DNA from: Paraphysomonas bandaiensis | Taxonomy: Eukaryota; Protista; Chrysophyceae | Length of the DNA stretch: 64,000 nucleotides | Assembly: GCA_965644295.1 (NCBI GenBank) | Contig: CBFFRP010000430.1 | Coordinates: 1-64,000 of the forward strand | Direction of reading: 5' to 3' | In this document: positions 1-12,300 of the stretch, piece after piece | How positions within the stretch are numbered: the stretch's first letter is position 1 | Layout of the letters: each line of letters opens with the position of its first letter | Made by a program: the position numbers and the translations under genes | The notes under the pieces: model-generated | Databases searched by the model: none | The model's input: the letters and a program-made list of their open reading frames with translations, nothing else | Told to the model about the DNA's origin: nothing

Positions 1-66
1 CTGTTTATGATTTTCTGCATTGAAAATGGCATTATTGCTTGTTTTGGGCTTTGTATAAATTGACAT
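1..66 (-). CDS. 5' end of an ORF running out of the window (MSIYTKPKTSNNAIFNAENHKQ...), resembling virophage/PLV fibre-protein N-termini
   Basis: ATG at 66-64 preceded by tatattatatatag in very AT-rich DNA. The peptide resembles the MSxYxPP...IFNxxxF N-terminus seen in virophage/PLV structural proteins. Only 22 codons are visible. Confidence 0.35.
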   Translation of the reverse strand, partial: MSIYTKPKTSNNAIFNAENHKQ

Positions 67-204
67 CTATATATAATATAGCATTACATTATTATATTCT
101 ATATTTAAATTAGAATTCAAGGTTTTATGAGTTTTTGCTTAAAGCTTCGCCATTATATCACTACAACTACATTCCAGAGCTTTAAGCATTGCCATTATAC
201 ATTA

Positions 205-387
205 TTATAAAAAAGTCATATAGATAACAAAGTAGATTTAATAAGTAGTTTTTATGGTAGAATCCCGGGGTTTTACAAACCTTACAAATTTAAATTATTT
301 TTCATTTTAATTTTTCCCTCCCCCTATATCTACTATTAAATCTACTTATTAAATCTACTTTGTTATCTATATTACTTTTTATTATAA
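205..387. repeat. ~44-bp inverted repeat pair (205-248 / 342-387) in an AT-rich block
   Basis: atatagataacaaagtagatttaataagtag is the exact reverse complement of ctacttattaaatctactttgttatctatat, extendable with mismatches. Confidence 0.85.
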
Positions 388-1272
388 ACATTATAAATAA
401 TATATAAAGTAATTAATTTTATTTAAGAATATAAATAATATATAAAGTAATTATAACTTATTAATAATAAGTTATAAGTTAAACTCACAAAGAGAAGGAA
501 TTACAACCGAAGGTTGTAATTGGAAACACTCGAAGAGAAGAGGCCCCTTGAGGGGCATGTGGGGTAGAAAAAGGCTTGCCCTTGTCCCCCTCCCTTCGTT
601 TTTTTAGGCTTGAATTTCTGCGGACGATTCGGAGATGGAAGTCCCTGCCCAGTCATCTCGAGTACACTTCTCACCCCGAAACCTATCCGAAGCGTATATC
701 AATAACCCTACTCTTACAACTCTTTCCATGATAACGTACTAATTCGGCTTACGGCTTACTGAGCCAGCAGCACTTCCAGGGCTGCGTATCAATTAATTTA
801 TTTTCAACTAATTGTCAAATGTTGAAATTGCAATATTTAAAATTGGGACATCAAGTCATAATTACAATTATAATCACTCCAGCTCGCTTCCCTGAGCGCT
901 TCTACTGATATATGATGTACGCCAACGACATACCTGTATCGTAATTTGTGTATTACTTCTTAGAAGATAAACTGAAGGACAGTATGTTTATATTTTATAT
1001 GATTCAAGATTTATGTTCAGCTACTCAGCTACACCGTACTTTAATCAAAGCTCTGTACCGTCTATATCGAACGTTGAAATACTCTCACGGAGCTCATTGC
1101 ATACCAATATAATTTAGATATCGCCCACGCCAAGTGTAATATAATGTGACATCTACCCGCTTTAAGTAATGCTAGTTACTAACAAGTCACAGCTGATTCT
1201 AGTCAAAATTACACAAAGAGTATAAAAACACAAAACTATTAATTATGCAAGTTGCTTACGTATCCACACACT

Positions 1273-1917
1273 TTATACGCTTGAAGCTATTGGAATCGGC
1301 GAATTGTCTTTTCCTCTAAAAGACAGGTGATCGTTCGGATTATTGTTGTGATACTTATACCCCCCTGCAGTCAGATCTTTCAAATGTACACATTCATCCA
1401 AATGGAATTTGCTTCGTATCCGCTTCACATTTCGTAGAATAAAGTATGCTGTACACCCTATCATCGTAGTAGCAACCACAGCCGTAAAAAAATCCATAAG
1501 GATAAACGATGCACAAGCTACGGTAAACAAATTTCCAGCTAGTCCGAAATCAAAAGCTCGAAATATTAACTCTCTCTCATCATTCATGTCATCAACAGCC
1601 TCGTCCATTGACCCATCTTTTCCTCGAAGAGCTTTCCCACTTCCCCATACAGAAACAATCGTTGACATTGAGACACACACAATATTTGCACATATAGTGA
1701 ATATAGCAGATATATGTAGTAAAAATTTAGCAAATACATCGGCATTATCTGGTATAGTGATCTCAATGAAGCATGTCATAGTAAAGCCTGCAAGAACAGC
1801 CGCTTGTGTACCAACAGATGTAAAGTTTTCAGTAAATAAATTTAATTCTTTTTCTCTTAATTGTATGGCTCGTTGCCTTAAATTAGTTTCTAATAGCATA
1901 CGATCTGCAGCTAACAT
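1273..1917 (-). CDS. Four-TM Orai-like membrane protein
   Basis: 214-aa ORF with 4 hydrophobic segments. TQAAVLAGFTMTCFIE resembles Orai TM1 (TSALLSGFAMVAMVE), including the pore Glu. Confidence 0.6.
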   Translation of the reverse strand: MLAADRMLLETNLRQRAIQLREKELNLFTENFTSVGTQAAVLAGFTMTCFIEITIPDNADVFAKFLLHISAIFTICANIVCVSMSTIVSVWGSGKALRGKDGSMDEAVDDMNDERELIFRAFDFGLAGNLFTVACASFILMDFFTAVVATTMIGCTAYFILRNVKRIRSKFHLDECVHLKDLTAGGYKYHNNNPNDHLSFRGKDNSPIPIASSV

Positions 1918-2474
1918 GACTGTATGTGTGTGTGCTGTTGAATAGACGATATGTATATATATGTATGGGATGGAGGGGTAATAGGGAGACCTGTTATATG
2001 GTGGGGTGATTGGTTTGGTGGGGTTGGTCTTCTAGATGTGGCTATATGGTGTGTAATGATATGATTAGAGTTCAATGTATGTGTATGTATGTGTGTATGG
2101 TTATATATGGTACTCTGCATACGGCATATGGTGGGTATGTACAGCGGTGGGGTATACGGCAGTGTGGTATACCAAACATATGCATCTCACTGTATTCATA
2201 TGAAATACAGCTATATATACTGCCATATACAACCATATACGACACACTGCAGGACCACAGAGTGGGTGGCCAATGAAAGCACTCGATTCAATCATATCGC
2301 TTCATAGTAATAGACGAGTATATGATTGGCACAGGAAATACTCTCTATACACCCAGCAGTATACATGACTCTGTATGTTGTGTGTATGGGCATATCATGC
2401 AACTGGCTCTGTATATATATATATGTCCAGTGCAGTGACCCATTCCCTTTACCTCATATAGTTTACCATAGTCA

Positions 2475-3296
2475 ATGACCGGTGATGAAGAGATTGTTCA
2501 TCTTGATGTAGTGCCATCTCCTCTATTTGGAGGCCCCCTTCCATTTGGCACTTATCACCATGAGAGTATTGGCAGCTTGCGTGTACAGACACGACCATCA
2601 TCTAAGAGTGACGGGCTGTTTGCTGATGACATCTGGCCTGGATCACTTCTAATGGCGGATATATTGGCAGATAAATCATCTTGGATAGAGAATAAGAGTG
2701 TGTTGGAGTTAGGAGCAGGAGCGGCTCTGCCTTCATTAGTATGTGCTAAAGTGGGGGCAAAGCGCCTTGTGATATCTGACTATCCAGATACTACAATACT
2801 ATCGAGTATCGAAGATTGTCTTCATGTGAATAAAATACCGTTTGGTGATTGTAAAAGTGAAGATGCCAACTCAATCAATGTCGTCGGACACATGTGGGGT
2901 GAAAGTGTTTCCCCCCTTTTAGAACCTCTACGCAATAGTGCTTCGTGTAAGCGAAACGAGACCCAATTATTTGATTTGCTGATACTTTCAGAACTGTTGT
3001 GGAAAGATACTTATGATTTACATAGAGCTTTACTACAGTCTGTGTGTTCCTGCCTAAGCAAGAATGGCATTGCACTCGTTTCCTTTGCACATAGACCCTC
3101 CCCAGATGGGACTCACACGCCCGAGAAAGATATGCAGTTCTTTGACCTCGCTGTTCAGGAGTTCGCAATGAATTTTAGTTTGCTGTGCAGCTGTATTAAG
3201 AAGGACTGTTTCTCAGGGTCGTACAATACCAGCAACACTGATACGGAGGAAGATGGTAATGTCACAGTACACCTTTATCAGCTGACATTCAAATGA
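2475..3296 (+). CDS. Seven-beta-strand protein methyltransferase, family 16 (EFM7/NNT1/METTL21-like)
   Basis: Motifs IWPGSLLMADIL, VLELGAGAALPSLV and VISDYPD. Confidence 0.85.
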   Translation: MTGDEEIVHLDVVPSPLFGGPLPFGTYHHESIGSLRVQTRPSSKSDGLFADDIWPGSLLMADILADKSSWIENKSVLELGAGAALPSLVCAKVGAKRLVISDYPDTTILSSIEDCLHVNKIPFGDCKSEDANSINVVGHMWGESVSPLLEPLRNSASCKRNETQLFDLLILSELLWKDTYDLHRALLQSVCSCLSKNGIALVSFAHRPSPDGTHTPEKDMQFFDLAVQEFAMNFSLLCSCIKKDCFSGSYNTSNTDTEEDGNVTVHLYQLTFK

Positions 3297-4479
3297 ACAT
3301 GTTTCATATTTGGAATAGCCCAACGCACTAATCTGGCGAATTTTACTTGAGAAGCTGCAAATGCATGGTACAGTCTGTGAAAGCTATCAATGACCCCAAT
3401 ACAAGTGTGCTTTCGAACATACGATATGTGTTTCTGGTTTCCGCTTGCTCCATTCCCTCTACTGAGGCGATGCGTGTGCATACATGTATGTGAGGTAACT
3501 GGTACTTGAACTACAAGCTCCCTCACATTCAGATATGTACATACACCTCGTGAACTGTACACGTCTGATATCATTGAGAAGAGCCAACCAACGAAAATCT
3601 AACTCATTGAGAAGAGTCAATGGAGAAAATGTATCATGCAAGCAATTGAATATGAAAATAAATATGTCGTTGAATTGATCGAGATATGTAACTGAACTAT
3701 CCATTGATTTTTTTCCCATATTACAACTATGATCATTTATGAAAAGTTACACCGTTAGATAATTGTATCATGTCGAGTAGAGTATATCGAAAATATGATT
3801 TTAGCTTTCTTTTAAACCAACCACTGAGTCGTTTCACATTTATATATAGCTGTACAGCATTTTGACTACTTATTGCAGTGTTTCACATTGTATTTAGCTT
3901 ATACTACAGTTCGCATTTCAACACTTTCATGTACATTATCTCAAGAGGATGTGATTGTTTAGTAAACGAATCGAGCTAAGTGTCCTCCTCTTTCTTCTGG
4001 TTGTCGTTTACTTTGCCCATAATTCTTATCTGATCTTCTTGAACATATTATTTATCAATGTTCTCTTGACAGTGTGAATTGAATGAGTTTTAGTTGCCTC
4101 TTGTCACTCTTTATGTTCTCTTACAGAACAAAGTTAATCATCAATTATTATGTCACAAGCAACTTCCTTCTGGCCAGATATTATAGATATTCCAATACGC
4201 TATATTCCCTGGCCTTAAGGAAGTGTCGTCTGTGGTAAAGTAAATAAAAGACTTATGCAGACATATTATTACTAATATATGCAATATGTAATATTATAGT
4301 ATTACGTATTACTAATATATGTAATATATAATATTATACTAATTACTAATCCCAAAGATAGCCTTCATGATAAAATAAAGAGACTAATAAGAAACGAAAT
4401 GCACTCTTCATGCTATCAGGACAATATTATTGTCCGTCACACTATAGAGCACCAGAATGCCTCCGATAATAGTTTGAAC

Positions 4480-5182
4480 CTAATCACTAAAATATGGTGG
4501 AAGAGTAATCCAATCCACAATCATTCGACCACATGGACGGCTTTATATCTGTAAATATATCGATCTTTAAATTTTCCTAAGTAATTGTAATATATCGATC
4601 TTTAAATTTTCCTAAGTAATTGTTCAGTATCTGAACCATTCACTTGATCAAGATAGTAGCTGCACCACCATTCCGGCAACTGTGAATACCAATGCCACAT
4701 GGGTCACTTTCCAACTGATCGAGCTTATCTTCAGATAATTTAAATCAAACTTATCGCAAAAATTCTTACCGAATGTTTGTTTTTCTATATCTTCCAAGAA
4801 ACATTTGATGTCGTCTTTTCTCACTATATAACTGAAAATGTAGACTGTATGGGCCAGGATCGGACACCTCCACTGATTTAATTCATTAGCATGAATATTC
4901 TTTCCATATACTTTATTACCCTTCTCATCTCCTTTCTGTGTGTTGTTTAATAATGAAACAGTCACATTTCCAATAAATATCTATTCAATTAGTTCCACAG
5001 CAGCATGAAGTAAACCCATAGAACACTGTATGTCTTCTAACTACCAGTAATTGATATAGATATTCATCCAATTCTTGAACCTGAAAGTCTTGAAAGAGTG
5101 GAGGTGTTGAAGAATCAGTGAATACTATATTATAGATGTTTGTGTATTGAATTTTCATTGTAGTTGTGTTTAAGGAGACCAT
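4480..5182 (-). mobile_element. Degenerate Crypton-like tyrosine-recombinase transposon remnant
   Basis: Across frames: TQKGDEKG..KNIHANELNQWRCPILAHTVYIFS (cf. KxDQxG..HxYANPxxPxxCPILALAxY), GIGIHSCRNGGAAT (HSxRxGxA box) and LGKFKDRYI (catalytic Tyr). Stops and frameshifts present; boundaries approximate. Confidence 0.7.
4554..4623. repeat. Perfect 35-bp tandem duplication
   Basis: aatatatcgatctttaaattttcctaagtaattgt at 4554-4588 and 4589-4623. Confidence 0.95.
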
Positions 5183-5700
5183 CTATAGTACAAGTCCATT
5201 ATCAGCCATGCCATGCCCCCTAATATCCAGATATCTAGAATATATAGGTATTTTTAGCTAGCTTGCTGTTGAAAAAATAGGTATTCCCTGATAAATATTA
5301 AGGAAATAAATGAAAAATCAAAGTGCTGCTACTAAAAAGGGAGTATCTACCAAAGCATAATGTCACTACAAAGTACGTGTTTTTGTGTATTCGATGTATT
5401 CCATGTATTCTTATTCCATCTATTGCTTCCTTTCTGCTGAAATTTCTGGCATAACTTTTCGCTCCATCTGCTGTAAGTATGTATGTATGTATATCTGTAT
5501 TATGTATGTAGATGTATGTAGATGTATGTAGAGAGTCTCATGTACATAGTGTGTTGTTCTTCTTTGCTTTGGTGTGCTTTGCTGTAGCTGTGTATGTATA
5601 TGCGATGAACTGATAGGCATATATATATATGTCAGTAGATATATTAACATACATATACACAACCAGAGTCGACACATCTCACTAACTATCAATAACCACC

Positions 5701-6735
5701 ATGCAGACAAGATCAAGCCCCTCTCTGGCAGCCCTCCACAGGTCCCCTCTATCTCTCCCCCCCCTCCTATAACTAACAATACTTTATATACAGATTAGCT
5801 CGACAAGCCTCTATACCAGACTATAAATCCCTTCCTAAGTCAGTGTTATACCGCAGACTACAGGAACAATTCGACTTAGAGCGTCTGCAGAGGGCAGCAT
5901 CACGTGGATCAAAAACAAAGCGTGCGTTAAGTAGTACAGAGAGTGATAGTACAGACACTGATAATATACACACACGATCGAAGAAAAAATCAAGAAAGAA
6001 GTTGAAAGATAATGAACACTTCGATCCAATCATGCGTGAGCCTCTTGGGAAGAATGTCTATACCTTTATCAGGCCAAATGGAACATGTGCTCAGTTTAAT
6101 GTGGAGTCATTAGTAGACTATCTTCTCTGTACTGGTGACTTTATTGACCCTGAGAGTCGGCTACCTTTCTCAGATAAGGACCTGATGGAGATAGACAATA
6201 TTGTAAGATACTCTACTGGTATGTGTATTGTTGTTCTTATGTGTCGTACTTAGGCACAGAAGGCAGACCTCAAGAAGAGCTCAGTACTTGCTGCCAAGAG
6301 GGATAGTGCACAGCTTTATGCTGACAGAAATTTTGTTCGTGATGCCCTTCAAGGATTGGAGAGGTGTACTGGGGAGGTAGTTGCAGAGATGCTGAATATT
6401 GTTGAAGAGTGTGACCCTGAAGAGGCTGAGATGCGGCTCCTTATGAGAGGTATCCCATTTTATAGTTAATGCCTTGATTGATAATTTGGCTCTCAGAGTT
6501 TCCTATGTTTGCGGACTTGTATCGCCAGATCTGTGCTGCGGATGCTACTTTTGCGAAGCAGTGTATGCGGTCGTGGCAGCTCTACCTTCGAGGTCCACCG
6601 AATAGACCTGTTATTGATGAATACGGACTGCTTCAGGATGTCCTTCAATTTCTGCGGTGCTTGGAGATACATGAGGGTCAGCCTGGAGTGTGGAATCCAA
6701 TCGCCCAGCAACAGTTTCAACAGTTCGGCGTCTGA
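5701..6735 (+). CDS. Four-exon protein with a U-box/RING-like segment
   Basis: Predicted exons 5701-5741, 5794-6202, 6254-6449, 6498-6735 with GT-AG introns. DPIMREPL...FNVESLVDYL...DPESRLPF is a U-box-like pattern. Confidence 0.6.
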
Positions 6736-7362
6736 TTACTGCAGTGATTTGACTGACACCGCGTTGTGTGCGTTCTAAACATAGAGCGGATCACATATCA
6801 AGCTGACTTCTTTTATAAAGACTCGTATTTCTCTGTGGGATGGATTGCTATTATGTAAATAATTGGGATGAATTTTGTGCTTACTAATGTAGTTTAGTTT
6901 CAGTAGATGTGTTTGAAGTATAGTATGCTCATATATATAAAATGTGATCCGATGACTGTCATGATTTTTGGTATCCGTATATAGTTTTAGTTTCTTTCCC
7001 ATTCCGATGGTGTTTAGTTGAATTTATAAGTACTGTATTTTGAAGGTGGAAAGTATATGTATGGAGAACTCATTGCTAACATTAATAATTTCTTCGGTAT
7101 ATATCTTTAAATGGGTCATACTCTTCAAGTTCTAGGAAAAATAATTTATGATTTATATTTACCTCAATATACAATCAAATATTCAAAGCTTTTGGGAAAT
7201 ATTGTTCAACCTAACCAAATTGGTTGAATTACCTAGTCGCGCTAATTTTGGTGTAAATACCTAGTTAAAGTAATAAGTGATAAATCTACTAAATTTAATA
7301 TTTTTTAGTGATATACGAAATATATTACTTAGTCAACACTTCGTCTATCATATTCGTGGTAA

Positions 7363-7760
7363 GTAGTGAACGTCTGTTTTTTAGCAATAGGCGTGTAAGA
7401 GTCAGAACTAATGTAGTAAAACAATTTAACTAACAAGTTCTTAACTCTGATATCCTACGAACGCTGCTTGTGCATCGCAAGCACCAAGGTGCAACCACTT
7501 CTTAAGGTGAACTAGCCCGAACGCTTGACTTCAGCAGGCAGCCAAATACTCCGGATGCCTTTGAGGTGGGCACATTCCGGGATGCCTGTTTATTTGTCAA
7601 GGCCCAAAATGTCCCTTGCACTACACAAGCATTTGACTATGAGTAGACAGAACATTATATGATGACTATATATGCAGCTCATGTTATTTTTCCAGAGAAA
7701 TATCTCCTGTACTTATCCCCAGAACATCACGAAAAGGCGCGACTCCGACTTTGTTGAGGG
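7363..7760 (-). mobile_element. Short non-autonomous retroposon (SINE/LINE-derived), family copy 1
   Basis: Exact 11-bp TSD attcgtggtaa (7352-7362 / 7761-7771). Homologous to ~41600-41922, 63835-64000 and ~40025-40145. A-run near the 3' end on the minus strand. Confidence 0.8.
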
Positions 7761-8714
7761 ATTCGTGGTAACGACATACACCTATCATCTTTACGAATAC
7801 AGCGTATATCAGAAGAAAAATATATTATAAGTATTAGTTAATTATGTAATAGTAGAATGTACCATAGAAACTATGGTTTACAACTTATGTACTTCAGTAG
7901 TCCATTGAGCGCTTTATAGAGTAGAAAATGTTGATGGAGTACAGTTTCAGAAAAAACAATATAGTACATTACCAACGTATGGTTTTCTTGCCCTCGCAAA
8001 TATAAATACATGTAATATATACAGCAATACTAGATAGATATGTTAGCCGATGGAAAGCTCATTTCTGCTTACATAACGGTAGTCATACATCAATAACTGA
8101 ATTCACCCGCTACAACTATGTGTTGGTTTCACCTCTAGTACACTTCAATTACACAATATATATATCGTATCATACAACAGAACTTAATACTCCCATTCAA
8201 ATGGATCATGTTTAGATATGTGTCGAATAGCTCGCTCGACACAGTCTTGTACATTACGATCTTGAGTGGAGAGCCCTCAACGACAATGCAGATGATACCA
8301 TTGATATGAACCCAGTACTTATAGATATACTGGCTGGTACTTGATATGCTATATATATACACAGTATAATACGCAGTTCCCGGAATGAGGATATGCAGTA
8401 TACCAGAATACCGACATATACATACATACCTACACACTCAGTAACAGTCAGGATTTTTTTTGCTTGAATTAACAGCATTTTCCGGTATTCCCATACACTC
8501 ATGTGTTTTTTACTAGTGACGAGATCTTGTGTATTGAACAACACGCATACGGCATACACGCACTCTGTATATGCAGATAGGAGCAGTGGGGTGTCTATAT
8601 GTATGTGTATGTACGTATAGTGTACCCAACAGCATGGCAGTCTACTTAAACAGGGACAATATATACACACTATAATTATACTGGTGAACACTTTCTTACT
8701 TGCTGAGTGTGAAA

Positions 8715-9026
8715 ATGTCTTTAACAGATGGATATAACTGGTTGTACAAAGCCACATGTAGTGTGCTTATAAATACAACTCCAACAGCTGTTGGGGCAGC
8801 TCTTGGTTCAGCGGCTGTGCTGGGAGGATTTGCTGCAGTTGGCCTTTCTCCGGTTGGTCCAATTGCAGGTGGATTTTTTGCAGCAAATATGGGTGCTGGT
8901 TTGACTTCAGGTGGTGTAATGGCTGTTGCTCAGTCACTGGCTATGACGGGAAAAGCCTATGCAGTTGGTGCCACCGTTGGGGCTGTAACTGGTGCAGCGA
9001 TAGGGTACCCAAAAGTGTCTGCCTAA
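8715..9026 (+). CDS. IFI27/ISG12-like small Gly/Ala-rich membrane protein
   Basis: GLSPVGPIAGGFFAANMGAGLTSGGVMAVAQSLAMTG resembles the ISG12 motif. First ATG at 8715. Confidence 0.65.
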   Translation: MSLTDGYNWLYKATCSVLINTTPTAVGAALGSAAVLGGFAAVGLSPVGPIAGGFFAANMGAGLTSGGVMAVAQSLAMTGKAYAVGATVGAVTGAAIGYPKVSA

Positions 9027-9390
9027 AGCAATTGAACACGATATAAATGTTTTTTAATGGGAGATAGACTCTGATGCAGGGCAGATTGTGGATACCTGCT
9101 CCCTTCCTTTATACTCTAGATAGTGGTAATTAATTTAAGTAATAAATGATTCTGGCATTAAGATGGTATATTTTAACTAAAATAGCGCTCCTATTGCCCC
9201 ATTCTGAGCGCGTACTTAGGTAGATTCGGATGGGGGTCGGGTGGGTACCTAACTAATACTTGATTTAAGTCCCATACGTTATTTGCTAGCTACCTACTGA
9301 ACCCAACTAGCTACATCATTATCACACGGTATTCAGCGCTGAATATGCAGTGAGAACCCAGAGTGGGGAACTGCTGAACTAAGCAATGTG

Positions 9391-12300
9391 TATTAGGTAT
9401 TAGGAGTCATTGATTCACGTATATCTCTTAACGCGTGAATACAACACACGTATACAATGAAATACCAAGTAGACTGAATAATTACCAAGCTATACATGAT
9501 ACGCGACTGTACAAGATACGCACATGTGTGGTGCTAACGCTCTGCTCAAACGTGTCTTGCTATTATACTATTAGGCCCTATCGTTCAATCTTTATCTCTA
9601 ATAATATCAAGTATATCCTTGCTAAATATCAAGACTAACCTTAAATCTTATTTTGGCAGCGGATGAGTTCTAAGACTAACAGTTACGATAACTCCGACTC
9701 CGACTCATCGGACAAGAGGAAGGATTCCATGCCACCCTTCGACGCCAAGAACTTCTCAAAATGGCAGAAGAAAAGTAGAGCCTGGTTTCTTTCGTAAGCC
9801 CAAAATAGTATACATCCTAAGAAACGATGCGCCAGAGGAGCCTATACGTCAAGAGGAAGAAACAGAAGAGGACTACCTATACAGGAAAAACGCCTACGAC
9901 GAAAATATGCAGTATTTCGAGGAGGGCAACAATTACCTATGGTCACTGCTATCTAGCGCGGTGATTGGCCAAAACGAGGAAGCAGAGGGTATTATCGAAA
10001 CAGTCCCTGAAGGAGATGGAAAAAGGGCATGGTCAGAGATCGAAAAGCATTTCAAAGACAAGACCTCAAATGATACAATAACCGACCTCATTGGCCAACT
10101 GCAATCAATCAAAATCAAGCAAGCTCAAACAATCAATCAATTCCTGGACTCGCTACACACGGCCACAAAGTCTCTGAACAATACCTCATTTCAAGAATAC
10201 GACAAGGGATGGTCTCAAATGAAAACCAGACCTATAAGGACCTGGCAATCAACCTCCAAATGAACCCAATTGATGATTATAAAACGCTGATAAGAAGATT
10301 GAGAGCATTCGAGCATTCCACTGTAGGCTCCCTACTATCACAAAATACGGAAACTAAACGGGATAGCGCAAACTACAGCTCAACAGGCAAACAGCCGTTT
10401 AACCCCCGTCTATCGAAAAAGCAAAAGCACAACGGGCAGCGAAATCCAACAAAACACAAGAAATTCAACAAGTCCAGCAGAGCTACAAGTGCAAAGTCGC
10501 GCGAAGTTAAGTGTTTCAGATGCAATGGATCCAACCACATTGCAGCAGAGTGCAAGCACTCGTGGGAACACATACAACAGATGCAGAAGTCCACAAACAA
10601 ACGAAAACGACAATAAAAGAGGGAAAGGGCATCACCCCAAGAACACATCATCAAAATACCCAAGAAACAGTCATCGGGATTCGAACTTAAGACTGGAAGA
10701 CTATGACGATGAGGGGCCAAACGATGACAATGACTACAGTTCATTCTCTGGGATGATCACAGACAATCACGTCCTACATACGGAACACGAGAAGCAGGAC
10801 TTCGGCATTTTAGACTCTGGCTGCACAATATCAATTACAGCAGCATGAAGCTTACTCTCCGAATTCACTTATGACCAAACCACCATCTACACCGCCAAAT
10901 CAGGATCAGAAATGCAGGCATTGGGATACGGCAAGCTTTGACTGATCAGAAAGTGCAAGTTAGTTCCAGATGCGTCAAAGACTTTAATTTCTATCAGCCA
11001 GTTGACAACAGACGCCGACTGCAACACAGTATTCGGACAAAACGAGGCACGCATCATATACCACGATGGAATTTTGTTAACCACAGCCAGGAAACAAAAC
11101 GGTCTATACGAGGTCAAATTATCCGATTTAGGTTACATCCAAGACCAATGCAACTTGGCATCAACATCAAGCGGTTCCTCAATTTCCCTGGCACATCGAA
11201 GGTTGACCCACGCATCCATTGGCTTAATTCAAAAAGCACTAAAGTTGAATCTTGTAAAAGGAATCACTATTTCAAAATCCGACCTGAGCTACCAGAAGGT
11301 CTTTGTGATGGCTGCGCACAAGGCAAGGCTCACAGGAGGAAACATAGGCGCGAGACAAGGCAAATGATACCGACAAAAACCAGAAGATCACAGGAGCTTC
11401 AATTGGAGGACTTATATAGCAGTTGATTTTACCGGACCATTTTCACCTCCAGCGATAGTCACAGGAAACACCGTAGTCTTCGGAGCTACCGATGCAGCTT
11501 CAAGATACAGTTGGACATTCTATGGAAAACACAGAACCGAGGATTTTGTCATTGAGTGCATTCAGAAAATTGTGGATTATCTGCATTCGAAAGGCAAACG
11601 GCTAGTACACTATCATGCTGATGGTGGTCGTGAGCTAGTATCACATCGTGTACTGAACTTGCTGAGAAAATTAGGATCAACCTGGACCTTCAACGCTCCA
11701 TACACGCCTGAAGACAACCCCATTCAAGAACGACCATGGCGCACGACCAAAGAAAGAACGCTTGCATCCATTTGCAACTCAGGCCTACCACCCAACTTCT
11801 GGGAACAGGCCATGTCCACCGTCACGCATATGAAAAATCGCCTGCCATGCGCCACTGCAAAGGGATTCATATCACCGTATCAGTTCATCCACGACGAGGC
11901 CCCCGATTTATCTTACGCCAGGATTTGGGGCTGCAAATGCCATACATTCATAGACAATAAGTCTCAGAGAAGAAACGATTGGTCTCCACACAGCCATATT
12001 GGGTACTTCATGGGATACCGAGAGGATGGACCAGGGTACGTCATATATGTACCCTAACTCAAGGACTTTGTTATCTCAAGTCACGTCTTTTTCAATGAGT
12101 GCATCCCCGACGTCAAAGAAAACTATTACGCTGAAATCGAATCATCACTGAGAGAAGAAAATTCAGAGAATCGAACAGCCGAGAGCTTCCAATACCTCGT
12201 TGGAATGACCCACACAGATCCACAGGATGGCCTCCAATACATCACGACAAGAATCACAGTCATCAAAGGCTACGTGGCTGCTTACAGAGGATTGGCCCCA

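Noticed and set aside
3278-3719. Possible PIF/Harbinger transposase remnant (TCIGVIDSFH)
   Set aside because: Single weak motif, unconvincing motif order and no TIRs.
9435-9638. Identical 67-aa ORFs at 9435 and 14725
   Set aside because: Incidental GTG-start frames within the Copia LTRs.
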